Positions 28,837 through 37,620 of a stretch of 64,000 nt of DNA are shown here, piece after piece. Below the pieces are notes generated by a model. It was not told where the DNA came from and did not search any database. It saw only the letters and a program-made list of their open reading frames with translations. Location of the stretch: assembly GCA_942492525.1 (NCBI GenBank), contig CALOFI010000005.1, positions 64,001 through 128,000 of the forward strand, written 5' to 3'. The stretch comes from an uncultured Myxococcales bacterium. GTDB taxonomy: Bacteria > Myxococcota_A > Polyangia > Haliangiales > Haliangiaceae. Position 1 is the first letter of the stretch, and each line of letters opens with the position of its first letter. The position numbers and the translations under genes were made by a program.

Positions 28837-29829
28837 TCACGACGCCGCGGCGAGCACGTCGGCGACCAGCGCCGCGCGCGAGGCGCCCTCGGCCTCGGCG
28901 GCCCAGTCGAGCAGCAGCCGGTGCTCGATCACCGCCGGCGCCAGCGCGCGGACGTCGTCGCGGGCGACGTGGGCGCGCCCGGCGGCGAGCGCGCGGACCC
29001 GCGCCGCGGCGAGCAGGCCGCGCGCCGCGCGCGCCGAGACCCCGCCGCGGACCGCGCCGCGCACCGACGCGGGCGCGGTGTCGGACGATGGATCGGTGGC
29101 GCGGATCAGGCGCGCGACGAAGCGCGCGACCTCGGGCGCGACCACCGCGTCGGCGGCGAGCGCGCGCAGCGCCAGCAGCGTCGTGCGATCGATCACCGGC
29201 CGCGCGCTGGCCAGCGCGGCGTGCGGATCGCCCTCGAGGATGCGGACCAGCTCGTCCTCGGTGAGGCCGGCGACCGGCAGGCGCAGCAGGAAGCGGTCGA
29301 GCTGCGACTCGGGCAGCGGATACGTGCCCTGATCGAACGGGTTCTGGGTGGCGAGCACCACGAACGGCTCGTCGAGCGCGCGGGTGCCCTCGGGGGTGGT
29401 GACCTGCCGCTCCTCCATCACCTCGAGCAGCGCCGACTGGGTGCGCGGGCTGGCGCGGTTGAGCTCGTCGGCGAGCACCAGGTTGGCGAAGATTGGCCCG
29501 GGCCGGAACACCAGCTCCTCGAGGCCGCCGGCGCCGCGGCGCAGCGTCGGCCCACCGAGGATGTCCGCGGGCAGCAGGTCCGGGGTGAACTGCACGCGCG
29601 CGAACTCGAGGCCGGCGACGCGGGCGACGGTCTTGCACAGCAAGGTCTTGCCGGTGCCCGGCGGCCCCTCGAGCAGGACGTGACCGCCCGCGACCAGGGC
29701 GGTGAGCACGCCATGGATGGTCTCGTCGCGGCCGATGATGACCTCGCCGATCGCGTGCTTGAGCGCGAGGAAGCGCTCGCGGAAGTGCGCGACGGGATCG
29801 CCGTCGACGACGGGCCGTGCCGCGCTCAT
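28837..29829 (-). CDS. MoxR-family AAA+ ATPase
   Basis: Walker A LLEGPPGTGKTL, Walker B VLADELNRASPRTQSALLEVMEE, sensor regions and the MoxR-specific layout; 330 aa. ATGA overlap with the upstream gene. Confidence 0.85.
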   Translation of the reverse strand: MSAARPVVDGDPVAHFRERFLALKHAIGEVIIGRDETIHGVLTALVAGGHVLLEGPPGTGKTLLCKTVARVAGLEFARVQFTPDLLPADILGGPTLRRGAGGLEELVFRPGPIFANLVLADELNRASPRTQSALLEVMEERQVTTPEGTRALDEPFVVLATQNPFDQGTYPLPESQLDRFLLRLPVAGLTEDELVRILEGDPHAALASARPVIDRTTLLALRALAADAVVAPEVARFVARLIRATDPSSDTAPASVRGAVRGGVSARAARGLLAAARVRALAAGRAHVARDDVRALAPAVIEHRLLLDWAAEAEGASRAALVADVLAAAS

Positions 29830-30651
29830 GGCGTGGCCTCGAGGTACGCCGTGACCAGCGCGCGGTAGCGCGGCGGCACCGCCGCCGTCGCCGCCGACGC
29901 GCCGGCGAGCGGCGCCGTGGACGTCAGGCTTTCGTCAGATGACAGCGCGCTGACGGCACCGAGACCGCGACCGACGCTCGTGCCGCCACCGCCACCGCTG
30001 CCGGTACCGTCGCCGTCGCCGCTGCCACTGCCGTCGGCGCTGCCGTCGCCGTCGGCGCGCCGTCGCGTGCCGCTTCCGTCGCCGTCGCCATCGCCATGGG
30101 GCGCGGTTGCGGCTGCCGGAGCCGTCACCGGCGCGGTCGCCGTCGCCGCCGCGGTGGCCGACGCCACCACGGTGGCCGCGGTCGAACCGCTCGCCGCGGC
30201 CACGCCGCTGCCGGTGCCGCGTCCGGGAACCAGGTGCGGCGAGGACGGCGACGATCAGCGCGCTGACGACGGTGATCGTGGCGGCGACCGCGGGGAGGAA
30301 GAGGGGCGGACGCGGTCGCGTGCTGGCGCGGCCGGCGGCGGCGTGCAGGACGTGCGGGGCCAGGGGCGTGGCGCTGCGGCCGGAGACGACGGCGTCGCCA
30401 CTGATGATGAGATCCTGCGCGTCGAGCCAGGTCACGGCGGCGGCGCGGGAGATCGTGCGCCAGCCCAGCGCGGCGCCGAGCGCGGCCGCGAGCAGGATGA
30501 TCACGGCCGGCGCCGAGGGCAGCAGGAGCAGCGCCCCCGTGGCGATGGTGGTGGCGGCGATCAGGCCGAGCGCGGCGCGACGCGCGGCGAGCCGGTGCCG
30601 CACCGAGGACACGGCGTCAGCGAGGCGGCTCGCGTCTTCCCCGAAGAGCAC
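29826..30651 (-). CDS. membrane protein with Gly/Asp-rich low-complexity C-terminal half, translationally coupled to moxR; apparent frameshift about 30200-30260
   Basis: N-terminal TM helices (LGLIAATTIATGALLLLPSAPAVIILLAAALGAALGW; FLPAVAATITVVSALIVAVLAAPG) in one frame. A GDGDGDGSG...GSGDGDGTGSGGGGG tract ending ..PPRYRALVTAYLEATP* runs in the +1 frame, and its stop overlaps the MoxR ATG (ATGA). Confidence 0.35.
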
Positions 30652-30660
30652 GGCGGGACG

Positions 30661-31754
30661 TTACCACAGGAGCCCGAGGCCCACTCCCGTGCCGACGAGC
30701 GCGCCGGTGGCCGCGGCGAGCGGACCGGCGGGGAGCCGCCGGGTCGTGGCGGCCGCGATCGGCGCGGTGATCAGCACGATGCCGATCGTGGTGCCGTCGC
30801 CGCGGTCGCCGAGGAGCGCGGCCCACGCGGCGGCGATGGCGGTGAGCGCCGCCGGCCAGGTGGCGGCGGCGAGATCGCCGACGACGAGGGTCGCCGCCCG
30901 CGCCCAGCGCGGCGCGCGGGTCTCGCGCAACATCGCGGGCCACGCGCGCGTGGTCGCCGCGTCCGCCGACGCGGCGAGCGCGACGGTGACCACCGCGCCG
31001 GCGGTGACCAGGCGCGCCAGCTGGGCGAGCGCCTCGAGCGAGCCCTCGCCGTACCAGAAGCCTTCGTGCGCGGCGACCGAGACGGCGCAGGCCGCGAGCC
31101 AGAGCGCGACCACCGCGCCCAGCGCCAGCGCGGTGCGCGTGGTCGCGACGGCCGCGGCGAAGCGCGCGAGCGCCGCGGCGCCGCCGGCTCGACGCGCGGT
31201 CGCCGGCGACGTGGTCGTCGCGGCGCCGCCGGCGGCGGGCGCGGCCCCGGCCACCAGCTCGATCACGCGATCGACCTGGCCGCGCGTCGCGCCACCGGTC
31301 CACAGCATCGCGCCGTCGCCCGCCCGCACCCGCTCGGCGGCCGCGACGACCTCGGCCTCGGCGTCGTCGGCGAGCGCGCCGTCGACCAGCCAGACCGCGC
31401 CGCGCAGCGTGCGCCCCCGCGCCAGCGCCCGCGCGTCCGGCGACCGGACGACAGCGCCGGGCGGATGGTCGAGCGCGCGCGCGTCGGTGGCGCGGCGCCG
31501 CGGGCGAGCGCGGTCCACAGCGCCGCGGCGGCGCGCTCGGCGCCGGGTGGTAGCGGCTCGCCGCCGCGCACGACCAGCGCCGGCGCGCGCCGGACCACCT
31601 CGCCGGCGACCACCGGGCGACGCCCGGCGATCGCGTCGAGCAGGGCCGAGACGTCGGCGGCCGGGCCGTCGACGCGGACGACCTCGCCGGCGCGCAGGCG
31701 CGTCGAGATCGGCGCCATGCCCGCCCGCGCGACCACCGCGCGCAGCTCGATCAC
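30661..31754 (-). CDS. hypothetical membrane protein of the MoxR/DUF58/vWA cluster (DUF4350-like context), apparent frameshift about 31480
   Basis: GTG 31754 overlaps the upstream stop (GTGA). N-terminal part VAVIELRAVVARAGMAPISTRLRAGEVVRVDGP... is in one frame; the C-terminal part (..GRTLRGAVWLVDGALADDAEAEVV...MLWTGGATRGQVDRVIEL... plus TM helices ALALGAVVALWLAACAV.., ..IGIVLITAPIAAA..) is in another. Confidence 0.35.
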
Positions 31755-32899
31755 GGCGACTCCGGCGGCGCGCGCGGCGCGCGCGCGAGCGCGCCGGTCC
31801 AGCCGCGCGCGTCGGCGGCGACGAAGCCGCGGATCCTGTAGCTGCCCGCGCCGGGGACGGCGCCGGCGAGGCCGACGACGCCGAGCGCCCCGCCGCCGGG
31901 GTCGCCCGAAACCTCGATCCACAGCTCGTCGCCCAGCGCGGCGGCGCCGAGCAGCTCGCTGGCGCCGACCTCGGCGACGACCCAGTCCTCGCCGCCACCG
32001 GCGTCGGCGCGCACGCCGCGCACGGCGATCGCCGGCGCGGTCGCGAGCAGCAGCGGCAGCAGCGTCGCGGCCGCGCACGCGGCGACGGCGAGCGTCGCGG
32101 CCGCCCGGGGCCAGCGCCGCCGCAGCGCGACCGCGCCGAGCAGCGTCGCGGCGAGGCCGAGCCCGACCAGCGCCAGCGCGCGCGGCACCGCCGCGATCGG
32201 CGCGGTCTGCCGGGTGCGAGGCAGCGCGAGCGGCGCCGCACGCGCGCAGCGCGGCGGCGCGGCGTCGGCCACGTCGAGCCGGCACACCGTGCCCCCCGCG
32301 GCCAGGTGTCGCCGGATCGTGCGCGCGGCGAGCTCGCCGAGCGCCGCGATCGGCCGGTCGATGACCACCGCGCCGGCCCCGAACAGCGCCTGCCAGCGCG
32401 CCGGCACCGCCTCGGGCGCGACCACCACCGGATCGCCCAGCTGCTCGCCGCGGCGCCACACGTCGACGCGGGGCAGCAGCGCCGCGGCGCCGTCGGTCAC
32501 GACGATCACCGGTCGCGCCACGACCCGGACCGCCGGCACCTCGCCGTCGGCACCGTCGGCGCCGCGGCTCACGCGCACGGCGCGCGCTGGCAGCGCGCTG
32601 ACGCCCGGGCCGACCCGGGCGGCCAGCGTCACGGTCGCACGGCCGTGGGCCGCGAGCTCGATCGGCTGCGGCGCGGCGCCGGCCACCGCGACTTGCACGC
32701 GCGCGGGCATGGCGAGCCGCGAGCGCACCTCGACCACGACGACGTCGATGCCGCCGGCCGGCACGACCCCGCCGACGCCGCGATCGACGACGACCTCGAC
32801 CGCCAGGCGATCGTCGGCCCGGGCCGGCGACGGCGCGGCCAGCGCCGCGGCCGCCGCGACCAGCGCGATCAGCGCCGCCGACGCCCGCGCCGCGCCCAT
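31751..32899 (-). CDS. secreted protein with C-terminal TM helices, function unknown
   Basis: Signal peptide MGAARASAALIALVAAAAALAAPSPARA; C-terminal hydrophobic segments (ALALVGLGLAATLLGAVAL, LAVAACAAATLLPLLLATAPAIAV); 382 aa. Confidence 0.4.
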   Translation of the reverse strand: MGAARASAALIALVAAAAALAAPSPARADDRLAVEVVVDRGVGGVVPAGGIDVVVVEVRSRLAMPARVQVAVAGAAPQPIELAAHGRATVTLAARVGPGVSALPARAVRVSRGADGADGEVPAVRVVARPVIVVTDGAAALLPRVDVWRRGEQLGDPVVVAPEAVPARWQALFGAGAVVIDRPIAALGELAARTIRRHLAAGGTVCRLDVADAAPPRCARAAPLALPRTRQTAPIAAVPRALALVGLGLAATLLGAVALRRRWPRAAATLAVAACAAATLLPLLLATAPAIAVRGVRADAGGGEDWVVAEVGASELLGAAALGDELWIEVSGDPGGGALGVVGLAGAVPGAGSYRIRGFVAADARGWTGALARAPRAPPESP

Positions 32900-32904
32900 C
32901 ACCC

Positions 32905-34146
32905 TCAATTCATCGCGTCGAGCGCGTGCTCGAGCGCGAGCAGCGCGCGCGACGTGGCGATCGCCGGGTTGTTCTCCCAGTACGTCTCGTCGGTGTTGGC
33001 CCACGAGCCGTCGGGCTTCTGCATCGCGAGCAGCTTGGTGGTGAGCTCGGCCGGCCAGTCGTGCGACTGGCCCTCGGCGTCGACGAGCGTGCGGCTGCCC
33101 AAGAGGCCCAGCGCGCGCGCCATCATGTGGTGGTGGTAGTAGAGCCCCTTGAGGCCCAGGCCCGGGTTCTCGTCGACCGAGTAGTTGGCCTTGATGTAGT
33201 CGAGCGCCGCCGCGACCCGCGGATCCTGGGCGTCGGCCTGGGTGTAGAGGAAGCCGGCGATGCCGGCGTAGGTCATGCTGCCCGACGACGCGGTCGCGCC
33301 GGCCTTGGACGCGCCCGGCTTGTAGACGAAGCCGCCGTCGTTGCCGGTCCACGGCTGGTCGTTGGACTCGCTGCGGTTCTGGCAGCGCTCGAGGAACTTC
33401 TGCGCGCGGGCCAGCACGTCGGGGCGATCGGCCAGGGTCGAGTCCTTGAGCGCGTCGAGCGCGAAGTGCAGGTTCGACAGGTCGGCGTCGGGGTGGGTCG
33501 CGTCGGTGCCGTAGCCGACGCCGCCGTAGTTGGGATCCTTGCCGTCGACCTTGGTGTTCTCGCCGAACTGCTTGTCGGCCAGCCAGCGCTGGGCCTTCTC
33601 GACCAGATCGGTGTTGATGTGGGCCTTCGCGAAGGCGAGCGTCGCGATCGCGGTGACGTACACCGGGTAGTCCTTGTCGTAGATCGCGCCGTCCGGCTTG
33701 GCCAGCTTGGCGAGCGCGGTGAGGCTGGGCTCGACCCGCGGATCGCTGGCGGCGACGCCGTCGGCCGAGACCATCGCCAGCGACGCCAGCGCGGTGGTGC
33801 CCGGGTGACCGCCGATCAGGCCGCCGTCGCCGCGCGACGCGGCGAGGAAGTCGATGCCGCGCGCGATCGCGGCGTGGATCGCGACGGCGTCGGGGCCCGC
33901 GGCCTTCGCCGGGGCCGCGTCGGCCGGCGCCTTGTCGGCCGGCGTCTTGGCGCCGACCGGATCCTTGGCCGGCGCGGGCGCCGCCTCGTCCTTCTTCTTG
34001 CACGCGGGCGCGGCCAGCAGCGCGAGGCCGACCAGGGCGACGGTCGCGACGCCGCGCCGGCGACGCAGCCCGACGAGGGACAGCAACATGCCGGCGGCGG
34101 CGAACGCTCCGGCGGTCCAGATCCAGGGAACCATATGCATCTCCAT
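32905..34146 (-). CDS. membrane-anchored/lipoprotein prenyltransferase / squalene-oxidase-repeat (terpenoid-cyclase-like alpha/alpha toroid) protein
   Basis: N-terminus MLLSLVGLRRRRGVATVALVGLALLAAPACKKKDEA (hydrophobic anchor plus lipobox-like Cys). Ala/Pro/Lys-rich linker. Repeats with the QW-like pattern of squalene-hopene-cyclase/prenyltransferase repeats (QRWLADKQFGEN..DG, QKFLERCQNR...QPWTGNDGGF, LDYIKANYSVD, LLAMQKPDGSWANTDETYWENNP). Alternative starts at 34089-34146. Confidence 0.55.
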   Translation of the reverse strand: MEMHMVPWIWTAGAFAAAGMLLSLVGLRRRRGVATVALVGLALLAAPACKKKDEAAPAPAKDPVGAKTPADKAPADAAPAKAAGPDAVAIHAAIARGIDFLAASRGDGGLIGGHPGTTALASLAMVSADGVAASDPRVEPSLTALAKLAKPDGAIYDKDYPVYVTAIATLAFAKAHINTDLVEKAQRWLADKQFGENTKVDGKDPNYGGVGYGTDATHPDADLSNLHFALDALKDSTLADRPDVLARAQKFLERCQNRSESNDQPWTGNDGGFVYKPGASKAGATASSGSMTYAGIAGFLYTQADAQDPRVAAALDYIKANYSVDENPGLGLKGLYYHHHMMARALGLLGSRTLVDAEGQSHDWPAELTTKLLAMQKPDGSWANTDETYWENNPAIATSRALLALEHALDAMN

Positions 34147-34640
34147 GACGGCTGCAGGGATGCGCCCGTAGAGGGCGCGCTCGTGAAGGACATCGAGGCC
34201 CAGCGCCGCGGACGCGGCAAAGGGCGGACTTGCGGCGTAGGCGGCGGTGCGGACGGCGGGTGCCCGGGTGGCGCCGACGGCCTGCGCGAGCGCTTCACCC
34301 GGCGCGGGCGCGGCGATCAGCGCGAGCACGACGAGCGCGCTGCCGGCCGCGGCGAGCCCGCGGTCGAGGCTGGTGCGACACAGCGTCGCGGCCAGGCCGG
34401 CGGCGGCGAGCGCCTCGGCGGCGAACAGCGCGCGCGTCACCAGCAGGCCGCGCGGAGCTCGCCGGGCCCGTCGGCGAGCCGCCACGCCGCGGCCGCGAGC
34501 ACCGCGTGCGCACCGACGACGAACAGCAACAGCCGCAGCCGGGCCCGCGGGGCCTGCGCGGTCGCGCCCAGCGCGGCGTAGGCGACCGCGGTCGCCGACG
34601 CCTCGATCCAGAGCACCAGTGCGGCCTGGGCGGTCGTCAC
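34137..34640 (-). CDS. small polytopic membrane protein directly upstream of, and possibly fused to, the prenyltransferase-repeat gene (frameshift about 34440)
   Basis: GTG 34640; helices ALVLWIEASATAVAYAALGA, LLLFVVGAHAVLAAAAW, then, after a frame change, LFAAEALAAAGLAATL and SALVVLALIAAPAP. Reading runs into the prenyltransferase-repeat ORF without an intervening stop in that frame. Confidence 0.25.
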
Positions 34641-34723
34641 GCGCGCGGATGTTGGACCAGAACCCGGGCCAGGTCCACGGTCCACGCCCGCGCCGGTGTG
34701 CGATCTCCGCATCGGGTATAACG

Positions 34724-35596
34724 GCGCTGATGGCAGACCAACCTGAGCACGTCCTGGCGGCCCTGCTCGGCCCACGCGCGCGGCCCGACGGGCTGACCTG
34801 GCTCGACGCGACGATCGCCGAGATCGAGGTCGGCCGCGGCGAGCTGCCGGTGGCGTTCCCGGCGGTGTCGCGGCTGATCGGCCGCGGCGGGCTCGACGCG
34901 CCCGGCGCGGAGGTGGTCACCGCCGGCGGCGACACGATCGCGCTGGCGGCCTGGCGCCTCGACGACGCCGCCCGGGTCCGGCTGCTGCTCGCGGCTGCGC
35001 GCCACGCGCCCGGCCAGGCGCTGGCCACCGCCGGCCAGCTCTACGAGCACGGCGACGCGCGCGAGCGCGCCGGCGTGCTGCGCGCGCTCTCGCTCCTGCC
35101 CGGCGCCGACGACGACGCCACCGCGCTGCCGGTGATCCTCGACGCCATGCGGGTGACCCAGGGCGAGATCTTCGAGGCCGCGATCTGCGACAGCCCGTAC
35201 GCGTCGCGCCACCTACCGCAGCACGAGTGGCGCAAGGCCGTGCTCAAGGCGCTGTTCATCGGCATGTCGATCCGCCGGATCGCCCACGTCGAGGCGCGCA
35301 CCGACGCCGAGCTGGCGCAGAGCCTGCTCGACTTCGCCGCCGAGCGCGAGGCCGCGTCGCGCAGCGTGCCGCACGAGCTGTGGCCGCTGGCCGCGCGGTT
35401 CCCACCGCCCGGCCTGGCCGCCAAGCTGCTCGGCTACCTCGAGCACCCGGCGCCCGAGCACCGCGCCGCCGCGGCCGAGGCGCTGGCCGCGCTGGTGCCC
35501 GCCGATCCGCGGCTGCGCCCGTTCCTCGTCGATCGCGGCGCTCGCGAGCGCGACGACACCGTCAAGGATGCGCTGCGGCGCGCCATCGCCGGCTGA
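34724..35596 (+). CDS. EboA-like protein (first gene of ebo/edb-type clusters; no known catalytic domain)
   Basis: 290-aa soluble Ala/Leu/Arg-rich helical protein placed immediately upstream of the TatD / TIM-barrel / phosphodiesterase genes. Assignment is mainly by conserved gene context; sequence is helical-repeat-like (..VLRALSLLPGADDDATALPVILDAMRV.. / ..LLGYLEHPAPEHRAAAAEALAAL..). Confidence 0.45.
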   Translation, partial: ALMADQPEHVLAALLGPRARPDGLTWLDATIAEIEVGRGELPVAFPAVSRLIGRGGLDAPGAEVVTAGGDTIALAAWRLDDAARVRLLLAAARHAPGQALATAGQLYEHGDARERAGVLRALSLLPGADDDATALPVILDAMRVTQGEIFEAAICDSPYASRHLPQHEWRKAVLKALFIGMSIRRIAHVEARTDAELAQSLLDFAAEREAASRSVPHELWPLAARFPPPGLAAKLLGYLEHPAPEHRAAAAEALAALVPADPRLRPFLVDRGARERDDTVKDALRRAIAG

Positions 35597-35618
35597 CCCG
35601 CCTGCCCCGGAGACCCTC

Positions 35619-36488
35619 ATGCGCATCTTCGAACCCCACGCCCACATGTACTCGCGGATCACCGACGACTACGAGCAGATGTCGCTCGCCGGCGTCGAGG
35701 CGATCCTCGAACCCGCGTTCTGGCTGGGCCAGCCGCGCACCCACGTCGGCACGTTCCTCGACTACTTCGACGCCCTGCTCGGCTGGGAGCGCTACCGCGC
35801 CGCCCAGTACGGCGTGCACCACTTCTGCGCGATCGCGCTCAACCCCAAGGAGGCCAACGACGACCGCGTCAACGCCGGGGTGCTCGAGGCGATGCCGCGC
35901 TACCTCGCCAAGGACGGCGTGCTCGCGGTCGGCGAGATCGGCTTCGACGACATGACCGACCGCGAGGAGAAGTTCTTCGCCGCGCAGCTGGAGCTGGCCC
36001 GCACCCACGGCCTGCCGGCGCTGATCCACACCCCGCATCGCGACAAGAAGAAGGGCGTGCAGCGCACGCTCGACGTGCTGCGCGACGTCGGCTTCCCGAT
36101 GGAGCGCGCGCTCGTCGATCACAACAACGAGGAGACCGTCGGCATGTGCGCCGAGGTCGGCTGCTACATCGGCTTCTCGATCTACCCCGACACCAAGATG
36201 GACGAAGGGCGGATGGTCGCCGTGCTGCAGAAGTGGGGCACCGAAAAGGTGATCCTCAACAGCGCGTGCGACTGGGGCAAGAGCGACCCGCTCAAGGTCG
36301 CCAAGACCGCGCTGCGCATGAAGCGCGGCGGCTTCGCCGCGGCCGAGGTCGACAAGGTGGTCTGGCACAACCCGATCGCGTTCTTCGCGCAGTCGGGCCG
36401 CCTGGTCGAGGCCGACCTCGACGCCCGCCCGGCGCTCGACGGCGAGCTGTTCAGCGGCAACAGCATCCTGCGCGGCCAGAGTCAGTAG
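35619..36488 (+). CDS. TatD-family metal-dependent hydrolase (EboB-like)
   Basis: MRIFEPHAHMYS (HxH metal motif at N-terminus), AVGEIGFD, LPALIHTPHRD, VDHNNEE; TIM-barrel amidohydrolase pattern of the TatD family; 289 aa. Confidence 0.75.
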   Translation: MRIFEPHAHMYSRITDDYEQMSLAGVEAILEPAFWLGQPRTHVGTFLDYFDALLGWERYRAAQYGVHHFCAIALNPKEANDDRVNAGVLEAMPRYLAKDGVLAVGEIGFDDMTDREEKFFAAQLELARTHGLPALIHTPHRDKKKGVQRTLDVLRDVGFPMERALVDHNNEETVGMCAEVGCYIGFSIYPDTKMDEGRMVAVLQKWGTEKVILNSACDWGKSDPLKVAKTALRMKRGGFAAAEVDKVVWHNPIAFFAQSGRLVEADLDARPALDGELFSGNSILRGQSQ

Positions 36489-36492
36489 CGCG

Positions 36493-37620
36493 ATGCTGCT
36501 CACCGCCGCCGACGGGCGGCCGCTCCACCTCGGCTACTGCTACAACGTGCTGCCCGGCGAGACCGTGGCCGCGCTGATCGATCAGATCGCACGGATCTGC
36601 GAGCCGGTGCGCGCGCGGCTGGGCGTCGCGCGGCTGGGCGTCGGGCTCTGGATCGCGCGCGGCGCGGCCGCCGAGCTGCGCGCCAGCGCCGACGCGCTCG
36701 CGTCGCTGCGCGAGGCGCTCGACGAGGCCGGCCTGTACTGCTTCACGCTGAACGGCTTCCCGTACGGCGGCTTCCACGCGCCGCGGGTCAAGGAGCGGGT
36801 CTTCGAGCCGAGCTGGGCCAGCGGCGCCCGCGTCGACTACACGATCGACCTCGCCGAGATCCTCGCGGCGCTCTTGCCCGACGACGTCGCGGTCGGCTCG
36901 ATCTCGACGGTGCCGCTGGGCCCGGCGACGGTCGATCCGGACGCCGCGCGCCGCGGCCTGGCCCGCGCCGCCGCCGCGTTCGCCGCGATCACGGCGCGCA
37001 CCGGCAAGCGCATCGAGCTGGCGGTGGAGCCCGAGCCGGGCGCCGGCTTCGAGCGGGTCGACGCGCTGGTCGATTACCTGCGCGCGCCCGACACCGGCGC
37101 GGTCGGGGTCTGCCTGGACTGCTGCCACGCGGCGGTCGTGGGTGAGGATCCGGCCGAGGCCTTCGCCGCGATGAACCGCCACGGCATCCGCTGCGCCAAG
37201 ATCCAGATCTCCAGCGCGCTGGTGGTGCCGCGTCCAGACCTGGACATCGGCCGGGTCGGCGCGTTCGACGAGCCGCGCTTCCTGCACCAGGTGCGCAGCG
37301 AGCGCGGCGGTGCGATGGACATCCCCGAGGCGATGATGCTGCTGGATCGCGACGTGCCCTGGCGGATCCACTTCCACGTGCCGGTGCACGACGCCGATCT
37401 CGGCGAGCTGGCGACCACGCGCGACGAGATCGCGCCGGTGCTGGCCGCGGCGCTGGCCGCGCCCGGCGAGCTACCGCACCTCGAGGTCGAGACCTACACC
37501 TGGAGCATCCTGCCCGACGGACGGCGGCCCGCCGACGACGCCGGCCTGGTCGACGGCATCGCGCGGGGGCTCGCGTGGACCCTGGCGCTGCTCGCGCAGC
37601 TGGGAGCGAAGCCGGCATGA
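36493..37620 (+). CDS. xylose-isomerase-like TIM-barrel protein (sugar-phosphate isomerase/epimerase family; EboE-like)
   Basis: LGYCYNVLPGET, GLYCFTLNGFPYGG, IELAVEPEPG, VCLDCCHAAV, HFHV; the metal-binding E/D/H pattern of the AP-endonuclease-2 / xylose isomerase-like fold. 375 aa; stop overlaps the next start (ATGA). Confidence 0.65.
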   Translation: MLLTAADGRPLHLGYCYNVLPGETVAALIDQIARICEPVRARLGVARLGVGLWIARGAAAELRASADALASLREALDEAGLYCFTLNGFPYGGFHAPRVKERVFEPSWASGARVDYTIDLAEILAALLPDDVAVGSISTVPLGPATVDPDAARRGLARAAAAFAAITARTGKRIELAVEPEPGAGFERVDALVDYLRAPDTGAVGVCLDCCHAAVVGEDPAEAFAAMNRHGIRCAKIQISSALVVPRPDLDIGRVGAFDEPRFLHQVRSERGGAMDIPEAMMLLDRDVPWRIHFHVPVHDADLGELATTRDEIAPVLAAALAAPGELPHLEVETYTWSILPDGRRPADDAGLVDGIARGLAWTLALLAQLGAKPA

